Shown: positions 39,392 to 54,857 of the stretch, piece after piece | Layout of the letters: each line of letters opens with the position of its first letter | How positions within the stretch are numbered: the stretch's first letter is position 1 | Source: Octopus vulgaris | Taxonomy: Eukaryota | NCBI GenBank assembly: GCA_951406725.2 | Contig: OX597831.1 | Location: 74,276,001 to 74,340,000, forward strand | Direction of reading: 5' to 3' | DNA: 64,000 nucleotides | The notes under the pieces: model-generated | The model's database searches: none | The model's input: only the letters and a program-made list of their open reading frames with translations | Told to the model about the DNA's origin: nothing | Program-made: the position numbers and the translations under genes

Positions 39392-39710
39392 TCTCCGTCC
39401 GTTACGACGGCGAGGGTTCCAGCTGATCCGATCAACGGAACAGCTTGCTCATGAACTTAACGTGCAAGTGGCTGAGCTCTCCACAGACATGCATACCCTT
39501 AACTTAGTTCTCGGGGAGATTCAGCGTGACACAGAGTGTGACAAGGATGACCCTTTAAAATACAGGTAAAATTCATTTTTGTCAGCTGAATGGACTGGAG
39601 CAACATGAAATAAAGTGTCTTGCTCAAGGACACAATGCGTCGCCAGGAATTGAACTCACGACCTTACAATCGTGAGCCGAATGCCCTAACCACTAAGCCA
39701 CGCGCCTTCA
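39392..39710 (-). mobile_element. SINE family 3, copy 2
   Basis: Minus-strand head GAAGGCGCGTGGCTTAGTGGTTAGGGC...GAGTTCAATTCC; body matches 3924-4206. Confidence 0.8.
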
Positions 39711-39742
39711 CAGTTCATATATATACGCACACATATAAATCC

Positions 39743-39800
<58 letters not shown>

Positions 39801-40206
39801 ATATATATATATATATATATATCTGTGTGTGTGTGTGTGTGTATGTGTGAGCGTCTCTGCTTATGCCAGTACCTATATCTGTACGTGTGCATGTTTGTAT
39901 GCATGTGTAAGTGTATATGTGTGCGTGTGTGTGCGCGGATGGCAAGCAAGCGTGTGTGTGTATATGTATGTATACTCGGTCATCAAAGTGATGATAGCCA
40001 CTGGCCAATGTTAATGAGATGAACAGACCTTGCCAGAAAAATGCATTAATTAAAAATTGCGCATTCATTAAGAGGGGAAGCGGGGAGAGAGAATCTCATT
40101 AATTATTATATTAATTAGTTTAGCAATCAGTGTCCTAATGATAAATTATCTCAGTTTGTCACTTAAAGTTGGAAATGAGGAAATTTTCATTCAATTTCAT
40201 TGTTCC

Positions 40207-40264
<58 letters not shown>

Positions 40265-40533
40265 CTTGCCGTTTGGTAATGCTGCTGATGGTATTGGTGG
40301 TAGTGGTGGTGAGGTGATAGTTGTTGTTGTTCATGTTATTAGTTTTGGCAATAGCGCTGTTGTTGTTGTTGTTGTTGATGATGATGTTGTGGTGTTTGCG
40401 GTGGCGGTGGTGGTGATGGTGGTGATGGTTCTACTGCTGCTGACGATGATGATGGAGGCAGTGGCGGTAGAAGTAAACGCTGAAATTTGAAGTGCATTGT
40501 CTTTTTTTCTTTTTATTGTTACAGTTGTTGTTG

Positions 40534-40565
<32 letters not shown>

Positions 40566-40994
40566 GGTGGTGGTGTTGTTGTTGTTACGCCATAATGTTG
40601 GAAGATATAGTTGATCAAAAATGTTGTGATCAGCTATATCTGCCAGTAGCATGAAATAACTCCGAACCCTCAGAAACGGCTGTCGGACTTGTAACGCTTT
40701 CTCAACTCTCATTCTTTGAGTCTATGTAATCTATGGAAAAAAAATATATCAATTTGATTGATTTATTTGATATATATATATATTTACTTGATTGATTTTC
40801 ATCTGAAAATGTTGCCTGCCTTCTCTTTTTACATGTTTACGTGTATATCTATTTTGTTCATTAAAACCGAAAGTTTTACCTGTTTATTTGAATCACTCAT
40901 TCACTCTCTCTTTCCCCCTCTCTATATATATATCTCTCTCTGTATGTCCCTCTCTCTGTCTGTCTCTCTCTCTGTCTGTCTCTCTCTCTCTCTC

Positions 40995-41058
<64 letters not shown>

Positions 41059-41220
41059 TATATATATATAAATACATATATATATATGTGTGTATGTGTA
41101 TGTATGCACACACACACATACACACAAGCACACACATACATAAGCGTTTTTTATGTAAACATTTAGCAGAACACTCTATGAAAATATAATAATAAATAGT
41201 CCATATTTCCTTGTTTCAAG

Positions 41221-41456
41221 GGAATGAGCTGGCAGAATCGTTAGCACACCGGGTAAGTTGCTTAGCGGCATTTCGTCCGACTTGCCGTTCTGAGTTCAAA
41301 TTCCACCGAGGACGACTTTGCCTTTTATCCTTTCGGAGTCGATAAAATAAGTACCAGTTAAGCAGTGGGGTCGATGTTATTGACTAATGCCCGTCACCAA
41401 AATGTGGAGGGGATTAGCGTGTGTGTAAGCCTTGTGCCGATAGTAGAAAGGATTAT
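41221..41456 (+). mobile_element. SINE family 2 relative
   Basis: GAGCTGGCAGAATCGTTAGC...GAGTTCAAATTCC...GTCGATAAAATAAGTACCAG. Confidence 0.75.
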
Positions 41457-41789
41457 ATTTTTTGTTGTATTTGGGGATGGTCATGTTGCCAGTTTAGCCA
41501 ATGAAAACACACGCCCTATACATTTGGTGTTCACTTGCTTCAGCTTTATTTTATATTAATTGTATTTCGGCCAGAGTTCATTCGTCACACTTCTGTGACC
41601 TCATCAGTGGTCCTTTGCTTTCTTCTTTCATTTTTTGTGTCTCTCCTTACTAACGATCTGCCATTTATATTTTTTATTCCTTTTTTATTATGCCATTTTA
41701 ATGTAATAGACTACTTCTCTGAATCTGAATTTATTCACCGCCATCGAGCACTCTACTTATTGTTTGACACCAAGAAATATTTTCGTTCT

Positions 41790-42204
41790 TACTCTTTTAC
41801 TCTTTTACTTGTTTCAGTCATTTGACTGCGGCCATGCTAGAGCACCGCCTTTAGTCGAGCAAATCGACCCCGGCACTTATTCTTTGTAAGCCCAGTACTT
41901 ATTCTATCGGTCTCTTTTGCCGAACCGCTAAGTGACGGGGACGTAAACACACCAGCATCGGTTGTCAAGCAATGCTAGGGGGACAAACACAGACACACAA
42001 ACATATACACACACACTTATATATATATATATACATATATACGACAGGCTTCTTTCAGTTTCCGTCTACCAAATCCACTCACAGGGCATTGGTCGGCCCG
42101 GTACTATAGCAGAAGACACTTGCCCAAGATGCCACGCAGTGGGACTGAACCCGGAACCATGTGGTTGGTTAGCAAGCTACTTACCACACAGCCATTCCTG
42201 CGCC
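41790..42204 (-). mobile_element. SINE family 1, copy 4
   Basis: Near-identical to 11173-11625. Confidence 0.9.
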
Positions 42205-42761
42205 TATTTCTGTTTAAGAATTATTTATATCCATAATCAGTATTGTAATTCGGTTTTAAATTGTATTTTCATTGTGAATATCTGAAACTGGAGCATTATA
42301 TTGCAAAAACAAAACAAAAACAATACAATTACATAAATAAAAAATATATTTCTAAGATATTTCACTTGTTCGCCAAATTTTGTGTTAGTTGTATGGTGTT
42401 TGCTGTCTGACACACATTCGTGTTGCTTCTTTTGTTCAAATCTTTCTGTTAACCGCCGACACTGGAGACGCAGAAATATGCGTTACTAAACACATGATAT
42501 AACTGCCGTACATTAGACAGCTAAATACATGGGCAGGGGGAATTAATGTGCGCGTGTGTGTGTGCGTGTGTGTGTGCGTGTGTGTGTGCGTGTGTGTGAG
42601 CTTATTCTCTAGTATAATGTCACTTAGGCCATCCTTATATATTAAGTTATTTTATTCTTAACCTCAATTTATTCATCTTCGTACTCTGCTAATGTTTCGT
42701 ATGAAGAAACATTTTCCCTTAACGTTTACAAGGAATGTATGCCTTTACACAAACACATATA

Positions 42762-42809
<48 letters not shown>

Positions 42810-42950
42810 TATATATGTATATATCCGTTTGTATATACAAGTATATATATATATATAATATATATTTAGATATACACACACATATAAATATATGTATATA
42901 TATATATATATATACATACATAAATATTTATATGAATTCATAAACATATA

Positions 42951-43020
<70 letters not shown>

Positions 43021-43452
43021 TATATATATATATTAATATATTATATAAACCTATATATATATATATATATATATATATAGGTTTATATATAAATATGGCA
43101 TATGTGTGTTTTGTGTGTATGTGAGTGAAAGTGAATGTTGCAAAGTTCCAAGATAATTTACCATACCATTAGGGCTTCAATTGATGGAATTCTCCAGAAA
43201 CCTAAACCTATTAACATGTTGTCTTCAGGGCTTATCTTCTTCCCACTCTTTTAACCTTCTTAGATTATCTCTTTATTTCCTGATCATCATTCTCTCTCTC
43301 ACTCTCTCTCTCTCTCTACCTCTCTCTCTACCTCTCTCTCTCTCTCTCTCATTTACCTCATTTAATTCATCGTGATACATATTTCCTTTCATTGTCATTT
43401 TCCGTCTTTCCAATATGCATCGGCATATGTGTGTATATAGATGTATGCATGC

Positions 43453-43653
<201 letters not shown>

Positions 43654-43833
43654 CATATATATATATATATATTCATATATATACATATATATAAGTACAT
43701 AAATATATAGTATACATAACTATATATAAATATGTATATATATATATATACATATTTACACAATATATTTATGCATATATATATACACATATACATAAAT
43801 ACATATATACTCATATAATTATATGTATATGCG

Positions 43834-43873
<40 letters not shown>

Positions 43874-43890
43874 TACATACATATATATAT

Positions 43891-43956
<66 letters not shown>

Positions 43957-44943
43957 ATATACTTATGTATTCATGAGTGTGTGTGCGTGTAATTCTTCTG
44001 AATATATTGATCTATAGATAGGTACATAGAAAAACTAGTTCCTTACATATACAAACACACACACGCACACACGCACACACACACACACATATATACAAAC
44101 GCACACATACTACATACATATACATACATACATAGATAAATACATAAATACACATCTACATACATATACCTACACAACGAATATTTCTCCTACATCCGAC
44201 CCTCAAATTCCATCACTTCGATACAATAACTCTCTACTCTCCATTCAGACCAACTCCCAACGGCCAATCGACAACCTTGTTATATTAATTGTGCTCTCCT
44301 TCTATTACTCTCCTTTGCTTCTTGATCCCCGATCAATAAACTACATTTCTCTCCCATTTTGTAAGAGGGTTGACTGACTCTTCACTAGATGAGCAAAGAT
44401 TATAGTACAACGCATCACCACACTACTGTAACCATATTACGCAGTCGGGGGTTAAGAGGGGGGGGGTCTAAAAATGCATGCTTGTCTGTAGGAGTATATA
44501 TGTGTATATTTATTTGTGTGGGGGAGCGTTGTGTATGCGTGCGTGTGTATGCATGTAGGTGTGCGTGAGTGCATACCTATGTATATTCATACATACACAT
44601 AAAAATCATATATATATATATATATATATGCAAATACATAAATATACATATAAGCATGCGTGTATACATACACACACATATATCTGTATATATATATAGA
44701 TATATATATGTATTTATACACACTTACACACACACACACACACACACACATATGTACATACATACACGTGTGTGTATCTAATATCTATACACACCCAAAC
44801 ACATCGAATCCTTTGACTAAAAGTTTTTCAAGGCGGTGCTCCAGCATGGCCGCATTCAAATGACTGAAGTATGTAAAATATGAAAACTATATATGTTTAT
44901 ATGTATGTATGTATGTATGTATGTAGGTATGTATGTATGTATG

Positions 44944-45059
<116 letters not shown>

Positions 45060-45290
45060 ATGTAATTAGTAATAATGGCACACCCCTCCCACGGGAAGAA
45101 CGGAATAACCTAGTCACTATAAGTAAAGAGACGTACGTGAAGTACGGGAGTACATGGTAGGCAGTCAGGGATAGTCGTGTCTTTACTGGTTTTAATAAGT
45201 ATACTGTATACTGAAATGATGTTATAACAGTCCAAGATTTTAGGGATTATAACAGTAGCGCCGAGGATTTAAACAACTCACGAAGAATTA

Positions 45291-46507
45291 TTAGGTTGTC
45301 AAGAAATTTTTTGTATGTATTTTCAAATCAATTTTCGTTAAATTACTTTGACTTTATATATCATTTTAAAGCCCGTTTTTCGCTCTATCTAATCGTGTTA
45401 ATCTTTTTGAATAATTAGGCCATATTTTCCGGAACGTTGAATACATGGACAAAAAGCAAATTCACACAATTTTCTTATTCCAGTTCAAGCTAGACCGAAA
45501 AACAGCTGAAACAGCCCGCGATCTCAACGATACGTGTGGCCCAGGAACCACTAATGAACGTACAGCACAAGTCTTGAAGATGATAAGCATAGTGGCCGGC
45601 CATCGGATGTTGACAACGATCAACTAAAAGCCTTAGTGGAAGCCACTCCACGCACAACTGTTCGAGAGCTTGCTTCTGAATTAGACGTAACGTATACGAC
45701 AATTTCCAATTACTTTAAAGAGATTGGAAAAACAAAAATACTTGAGAAATGGGTGCCGCACGAATTGAACGACAACCAAAAAAAAAATGCGTTTTGAAGT
45801 GTTGTCTTTCCCTCTTTTACACAACAAGAACGTCCCGTTTCTCGACTGGATTGTCACTTGCGATGAAAAGTGGATCCTTTACGACAACTGGCGATGATCA
45901 GCTCATTGGTTGGACGCTGACGAAGCTCCACGGCATTTCCCAAACCAAAGTTGCACCAAAAGAAGGTCATGGTGAGTGTTTTGTGGTCTGCGGCCAGTCT
46001 CATCCACCACAGCGTTTTGGATCCAGGCGAAACCATTACAGCGGAGAAGTTGTGTCAGCAAATGGATGAAATGCATAAGAAACTCCGACAACAACAGCCA
46101 GCATTGGTCAATAGAAAAGGACCAATTGTTCTCCACGACAACGTTCGGCCGCATGTCGCACAACTGACCCTGCAGAAGTTGAACGAATTGGGCTATGAAA
46201 CTCTGCCTCATCCGCCATACTCACCAGACCTCTCACACACCGACCACCACTTTTTACGAATCTCGACAACTTCCTGCGTGAGAAATGATCCAAAAACCAA
46301 AACGATGCTAAACACGCCTTCAACGACTTCATCGCCACCAGAACGCAAGATTTTTACGCTACTTACATAAATAAACTTGTTTCGCGTTGGCAAAAGTGTG
46401 TAGCTTCTGATGGTGTTTATTTCGATTAATAAAGTTTTGTTTGGGCCGAGATATATGCATCTGAATTTAAAGGTTAAAAACCGCAAGAACTTTCTCGACA
46501 ACCTTAA
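45291..46507 (+). mobile_element. Mariner transposon (cecropia/Hsmar1-like), near full length, defective, nested in the Gypsy element
   Basis: TA-flanked TIRs TTAGGTTGTCAAGAAATTTTTTG / CAAGAACTTTCTCGACAACCTTAA. Motifs MDKKQI, WVPHEL, CDEKWI, HDNVRPH and HPPYSPDLS. Confidence 0.92.
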
Positions 46508-47027
46508 TAATAAACTCGGCGAGGATAAACCAATTCACTTGGAGTTAATAGAAACTTGAAGTTGGTGTACGAATTTTAAGAAAAATCGTAAAAATAGGAG
46601 AAATGTGTTAGCAGGTTTGCTTCAGTTGCAAAAACAGCAACAACAGATGAAAGAACAACAACAACAGCAGATACAACTGCAAGAGCAACAACAGAAGCAA
46701 CAACAACAACAACAAATAATAGAGTAACAAATGCTGCGATTACTGAAATCGTCAGGAAAGTCAGAAAAAGTGTTTTCGACAGACAATGTCGCGAACTCCA
46801 TAACAGAGTTCAAATACGAACCTGACGAAGGAGTTACCTTCGAAGCATACCACAAGAAATATGAGCAAATCTGCAATAGAGAATGTGAAGATTGGGATGA
46901 CGAGATGAAAATGCGCTTAATCTCAAGAAAACTGGCGCCAACAGAACATGAACGATACAGGAATTATGTACATCCAAGAAAACCTTTGGGCATAAACTTT
47001 AATGACACAGTAGATATATTGTGTGAA

Positions 47028-47144
47028 ATCAGGAAGCAAAGGAGAGTAATAGAAGGAGAGCACAATTAATATAACAAGGTTGTCGATTGACCGTTGGGAG
47101 TTGGTCTGAATGGAGAGTAGAGCGTTATTGTATCGAAGTGATGG
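47028..47144 (-). repeat. 117-bp inverted copy of 44210-44326 inserted in gag
   Basis: Reverse complement of 44210-44326 with three substitutions seen by eye; interrupts gag between ILCEI and (K)S.L.NTRWKCL. Confidence 0.9.
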
Positions 47145-47702
47145 GATGTGTAAAAAGCTAATTGTCCAACACACGCTGGAAGTGTCTGAACACAGAGAAA
47201 AGCAACGATGAGGCCTCCATCACATATTCTGGAAGAGTAAACAGGGAATGCGAGAAGCTTAAACTGGATTACTTAACACCAGATATGTTGAAATGCCTGG
47301 TTTTTACACAGGGACTTACCACTGGAAGCAATGCAGAAGTTAGAACTAGAATTTTTGCAAAGCTGGAACAAAACTAGGATGTAACCCTGTAGCAAGCGTC
47401 AGAAGAATTTGAAAGGATAGTGAAATTAAGACAAACACTGAACGTGAAGATTGTTTCCAAGTAAAGCAAGTGCGAAATAGTCAGAATAGGGATGAAGTGT
47501 TTTCTAAAAAAAACCGACAAAAATCAGGAAATAAACCCATGTTTTGCATGTGGAGGTATATACCTGCGGAAAAATTGTCCGTTTAAGAAAGCAGAGTGCT
47601 TTCGTTGTGGAAATATAGGACAAATAAAGATGCACTGTAGAATGAAGATGACAAAATATCAGAACAAAGGAAAAAGAATAAATAGTACGTCATCGGAAGA
47701 AA

Positions 47703-48081
47703 TCTCTGTCTATATAAAGCTGAAGTTGTCTATGTGTGCGGCAGGTTTGGTAGCCTTCAACTAACGCTATCTCCTCCGAGACCCTGCGGCGCAAGTTGAC
47801 CAAAATTGAGAGTATGATAGAAGGCTTGTTCTTCATTCCGTAGAAGAAAAAAATTAATCGGACCAAAAATTATTTACATCAAAAAGGTGCTCTTTTTCTA
47901 TGAAAATCCCTACTTTTTACGATTTTTTGACTGCTGCGTCGCCATTTTTCGGTGTATTTCAACCTGAAAAATGTTCACTTAAAGAGAATAACAAGCTACA
48001 TAATGCAACATTTTAACTTTTCAAAAATTCCAATTCTAAAGGGTCGAAACAAACCCGAGCAACGCCGGGCGATACTGCTAG
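47703..48081 (+). mobile_element. Non-autonomous Helitron-like element nested in the Gypsy element
   Basis: A|TC 5' end (TCTCTGTCTATATAAAGCTGAAGTTGT), subterminal hairpin CCCGAGCAACGCCGGG, CTAG|T 3' end, no target-site duplication. Confidence 0.8.
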
Positions 48082-49944
48082 TTGTTAATATAATGATGAG
48101 GAAAATCGTGAAGGTGAAAATCAGAAATACAAGAAATACAATTGGACACTGGCAGTAGTAATATTACCATTATAAACGAAAAATCGTGGAAATATGGCGG
48201 TAAGCCAAAGTTAATTAAATCCAAAAAGGTAGCACATGGTGCTAGGGGAAAAAGATTATATTTTTTCGGTGAATTCGTATGTAACGTAATATTTCGAGGT
48301 CCAATAAAAAAGGCAAAGATTTATGTTAGAAAACTCATGTAATTTTTTGGCAGAAAGCGGATGGAACTATTCAAAGCATGAAATACGTCCATAAGTATTT
48401 TGTGTGGAAATACAGTTGATTCAGTCAAAGGTTCGAATGCGGCTGAGGGACTGAAGCAAAAAATTGCAGTAAAACAGAGTGGAACACCTGTATGTATGCC
48501 AAAACGAAATGAAAAATTGCCCACGATAAAAAGTAAACTTTGTTCAAAAGTAGATGTTCCATGGTCGCGACTATACATTGATTTCGATGGTCCTTTCAAT
48601 GGTTCTTATTACCTAATGGTAGTTGATAGTTTCTCAAAATGACCTGTAATTTACAAGTGTAAAAACCAGGTCTCAACTGTTTTACATGAACTGTTTGCAA
48701 GATTTGGCATTCCAGACAAGATAATATCTGACAGTAGAACGCAATTTGTGTCTAGCGAATTTTAAGAATTTTGTGAAACATTTGCGGTAATACATATAGC
48801 TATGGTGCCATACCATCCCAGATCTAATGGAAAGGCAGAATGCTTTGTCGATATCTTTATAAGAGCTCTTAGAAAATCGAATAAGAAAGTCACGGATGAA
48901 GCAGTTCTACTCCAGCAGGTAGATCACCAGTGGAGTTGATGTTTACAAGGAAAGTAAAATCAGTCTTTGATAAATTACTACCTGGCAAGAAAAGAAAAAG
49001 TGCCAGAGAAGACATAGCAAGATTCTTTAAAGTTGGTGAAAAGGTGTTTATATGAGGGCATGCAAGAATGGAAAGCAGAGTTGGGAAGATGGTGTAATTA
49101 CCAAATGAATAGGTAAATTGATGTATTGGGTAAAAAGTAGAAATGGCATCCAAAAGAGACACAGGAATCAACTGTAAAAGAGATCCGTGGAAAGCGAACC
49201 AAAGAAGTTGGAGGAACCAATGGAATGGTTGTACGATACGTTCCAAGTATCAACACCAATGCAGGTGATTGACCCTAGGTGTACAAGTCAGAGGAAAAAA
49301 CAGAAACGTACAGAGTTCCTGGAAATAGATGCCAAGAGCAAATAGTATTAAATTATACGAAAAAAAAAACTCAAAAAGGGAAATAAAGTGAATTGCTCAA
49401 GAACACAACACACAGCGCGGTCTAGGATGTTTTTCATTTCTATGAGCCATTTGGCCTATTAACTCTAGAGCGGTTTTGATTTTTGATTCGCCGTTGCCGA
49501 ATCTAGTTATGGATCTTTGTCTTAATAAAAGATGGACATGTTAGATACGTATTGTTGTCCAAGACAGACTGTTTCAAAGAAATATGAAGACGGAATGGTC
49601 ACGGCTGGAACAGCTTTGAGTATATACAGGAATATCACGTGGCGACACCTGCAATCCATCTTTCTTACATGAAGCCAAACAGATACGCACACACACTTTA
49701 AAATACGCAAAGACACACACACATATACATACACACGTACACATATACATATACATATATATATACATATATATATATAATACACACACACACATATATA
49801 TGTATGTATGTATGCTTACATATCTATATGTATGTATATCTATATTTATAGATACACATACATGTATATATCTATGTATGTATACATACATACATATCTA
49901 TACATATACACATATGTGTATGTGTAAGTATAAGCATTTATTTT

Positions 49945-49984
<40 letters not shown>

Positions 49985-49986
<2 letters not shown>

Positions 49987-50270
49987 GCGGACTCACGGTC
50001 GTGGGATCATACTTTCGATTCCCAGACCGGGCGTTGTGAGTGTTTATTGAGCTAAAACACTTAAAGTTCTACGAGGCTCCGGCAGGGGTGGGGGCAACCT
50101 TGCTGTACTCTTTCACCAAGACTTCCACCCTTCCTGTTTCTGTTGTACCTGTATTTCAAAGGAGCCAGCCTTATCACACTCTGTCTCACACTGAATCACC
50201 CCCGCGAACTACGTTAAGAGTACACGTGTCTGCGGAGTGCTCAGCCATTTACGCGTTAATTTCGCGAGCT
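49985..50270 (+). mobile_element. SINE family 3 relative, truncated
   Basis: Shares GTACCTGTATTT, CACACTCTGT, GAACTACG and GGAGTGCTCAGCCATTT with 3924-4206. Confidence 0.7.
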
Positions 50271-50424
50271 GAGAATACTCAGGGTTGTAGTTTGTGAAGT
50301 TCTTTTGAACGAAACTCTTGACACTTGAGTTATCATTTAGTAATCTCAGTATGTGTGCATACATGTGTGAGAATGTGTGCGTATTTATGTATATTTAATG
50401 AAGGAGCATATATGTATATATTAG

Positions 50425-50502
<78 letters not shown>

Positions 50503-50519
50503 TACATATATACATATAT

Positions 50520-50710
50520 AAGGGGAAAGTTTACGAAAATAAACAAAAGACGAAGGCAGATGGAGTACAAACAAACAAATGTATTAGCATAGCGCTCAGG
50601 ATTAGAAAAAGTCTTTTACGTTTCGAGCCTACGCTCTTCGACAGAAAGATACATAGAAAAAAAAACAAGGAGAGAAACAAGGAGAGAAAAAATGCGTGTA
50701 GTTGCTAACG
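50520..50710 (-). mobile_element. Short hammerhead-bearing repeat, family A, copy 3 (hammerhead 50612-50649)
   Basis: Minus strand TCTTT CTGTCGA a GAGC gtag GCTC GAAACGTA AAAGA; flanked by TA tracts. Confidence 0.75.
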
Positions 50711-51308
50711 ATATATATATATGGATGTAACACACACGTACATTTGTACAAACACTTGGAAACATATCCCACCACTAACATACCCTAACAGATAGACACA
50801 CACACACGCATTCTTTTCCACAGACTCACATTCACCACAGAGACACACATACTTACACATGCACTTATACACACACAAGCACAAATACATGCATACACAC
50901 TCAACAGGACAGCCACAAACACGAACGCTTCTTCGTTGCTCGTTAAATTGTAATGGCGGACATTAGCGAAATATGGCGTTGTTTTCGCCGGAAGCGGTTA
51001 TATGATGAAGTGGAAGGTTATATCATGGTCAAATATTGGATATTATTCTACAGTTTAACCTCTCATTATACTCACATCACTTCCTTTCAACGTTATTGTC
51101 CCGTCTGTCCTACGTATTATCATCGCTCTTACTGCTACAGTTGCTGTTGTAGTTGTTGTTGTTATTGCTATTGTCGTTGTGGTTTTGTAAATGTTATTGC
51201 TTTTATTATTGTTATTTTAGTTGCTGTTGTTGTTGTTGTTGCTGGTGCTGTTGTTATCGCAGACGTTGTTATAGTTTTTGTTATTGTTCTAGTTGTCGTT
51301 GTTATTAA

Positions 51309-51366
<58 letters not shown>

Positions 51367-51937
51367 GAGGTACTTGCTGTTGTAGTTTCGCTCCAGGTAA
51401 GTCCTGGCAGAGAGAAGAATGTTCAAAATTATTCCACCCATGACTAACACGTCATTATATCGGTATCTGGTACGACATAGATTTAAGGGAAACGCGCCTG
51501 CCATTTCTAGCAGCTGCTGTGTCCATGTACACGCTCCGTTGCTGGAGACTTCGCATTCGTTGACATTGTTACTGTTACTGCTGTTGTTGTTGTTCCTGCC
51601 GCTGTTGTTGTTATTGTTGTTGTTGTTGTCGTTGATGAAATCCTCATCGTCTTGCGTTCGTCTGTTTCCACTTCAACCGTCACGTGTTAATCGCACACCA
51701 GAGGGCAGTACCGCCGTTGTATATATTACGAAGGCGAATCTCATTTTGGGAATTTAATCTCGTTGAGTGAGCAAAGGTTGAACAAACTGACCCCTAAGTC
51801 AAGCTTGTATAGATAAGGGTAAAACAGGGATTTGTGTATGTGCGTGAGTGCGTGTACACGTGTGTGTGTATGAGGGAGTTTAGGGCGGGTGTGATGATAT
51901 TAGTAAGGTATAAGATATTAGTAAGGTATAAAAATAT

Positions 51938-52533
51938 TGATGACGATGTTGATGATGATGACGAGTATGATGACGACGACGTTGATGATGATGATGACGT
52001 TGATGATGATGATGATGATGATGATGACGTTGATGATGATGATGATGATGATGATGACGACGACGACGACGATAACGACAACGACGATGAGGATGCTGAT
52101 AGTGATGATGATGATGATGATGAGGAGGAGGAGGAGGATAGTGATGATGATGATGATGATGATGACGATGATGACGACGACGATAACGACAACGACGATG
52201 AGGATGCTGATAGTGATGAGGAGGAGGAGGAGGAGGAGGAGGATAGTGATGATGATGATGATGATGATGATGATGAGGAGGAGGATAGTGATGATGATGA
52301 TGATGATGATGACGATGATGACGACGACGATAACGACAACGACGATGAGGATGCTGATAGTGATGATGAGGAGGAGGAGGAGGAGGAGGAGGATAGTGAT
52401 GATGATGATGATGAGGAGGAGGAGGAGGAGGAGGAGGAGGAGGAGAAGGAGGAGGAGGGGAGGATAGTGATGATGATGATGATGACGATGATGACGACGA
52501 CGATAACGACAACGACGATGAGGATGCTGATAG

Positions 52534-52570
<37 letters not shown>

Positions 52571-52608
52571 AGTGATGATGATGAGGAGGAGGAGGAGGAG
52601 GAGGATAG

Positions 52609-52644
<36 letters not shown>

Positions 52645-52657
52645 CGACGACGACGAT
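51938..52657. repeat. Compound (GAT)/(GAG)/(GAC) array with a higher-order unit
   Basis: GACGATAACGACAACGACGATGAGGATGCTGATAGTGAT recurs four times (about 52068, 52179, 52326, 52499). Confidence 0.92.
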
Positions 52658-53002
52658 GTAAGATGGATGTATAGTAGATGAGGAAATAAGTTTGAATGCC
52701 GAAAGAATTTTGTGATGAAACAGATGCATTATGTAATAACTAAATAAATATAAGTGTCGCTGTCTGATTCGTAACCATGTTGTTCGGGGTTCGATCCCGT
52801 CAGGCTTCCACCACTTACTCGCTGCATATCCGATCTATCAAACACTCCGGTTGATCAACTAACTCACACATTACAGACACAACCTGTAAATGGAGCAGTA
52901 AGCAAGATTTTTCTCAAGTTCTGTATGTGACACATACATACATACATACATACACACATACATAATACATACATACATACATACATACATACATACATAC
53001 AT

Positions 53003-53675
53003 AAGGTCTCTGCAGAATAGTCTTAATGGTAAAAATTTCAATTCCTTGGATGACGTAAAAAGATACCTTGAATTCTTTGCCATGAAAGCACCTCAATTCT
53101 GGGAAGAGTTAAAGGAAAGATGGAGACGCATTGTGTAACAAAATTCTGGACGTTTCTCTTGAATTGCTGCTTTTAACTCGTCCAGTTGTGTGCAGTATTT
53201 CTCAGAATTAATTGTCTGCTTACTTGGGAGAAGCTCATAGAACAGAATTCCTTTCCAATCCCACCAGACACAAAGCAAGACATTTTTTAGGGTGAAGACC
53301 CGCTTTTGGGATGGCTAAGGGTGGTTCATGTCGCTTACTCCAGGATCGCATTTACTGAACATTTCGGTACATAATCCATTTCTCATCACCTGTCACAATT
53401 TGCTTTAAAAAAGCCGCGTTTTCATTCCGTTTATAAACTGAATCACAGATGGAAATGCGATCCAAAAGGTTCTACTCACTCAACTCATGTGGTACCCAAA
53501 CATCGTAGCGATTTGTGTACCCAAGCTTTACCAGGTGCTCATGAACGACGGATTTTTATAGGTTGAGGCTTTCTGCCAATTCTCGGGTTGTACAATGTGG
53601 ATTATTCTCAATTCATGACTTGATTTGGACATCATCTGTAGTGGATGGTCTGCCTGATCGCTCTTTATCAATAAG
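53003..53675. mobile_element. Rearranged mariner transposase fragments
   Basis: 53145-53675 (-) encodes WVPHEL, TGDEKWI and MLCVWWDWKGILFYELL; 53003-53145 (+) encodes the C-terminal SLQNSLNGKNFNSLDDVK...RWRRIV segment. Confidence 0.82.
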
Positions 53676-54857
<1,182 letters not shown>

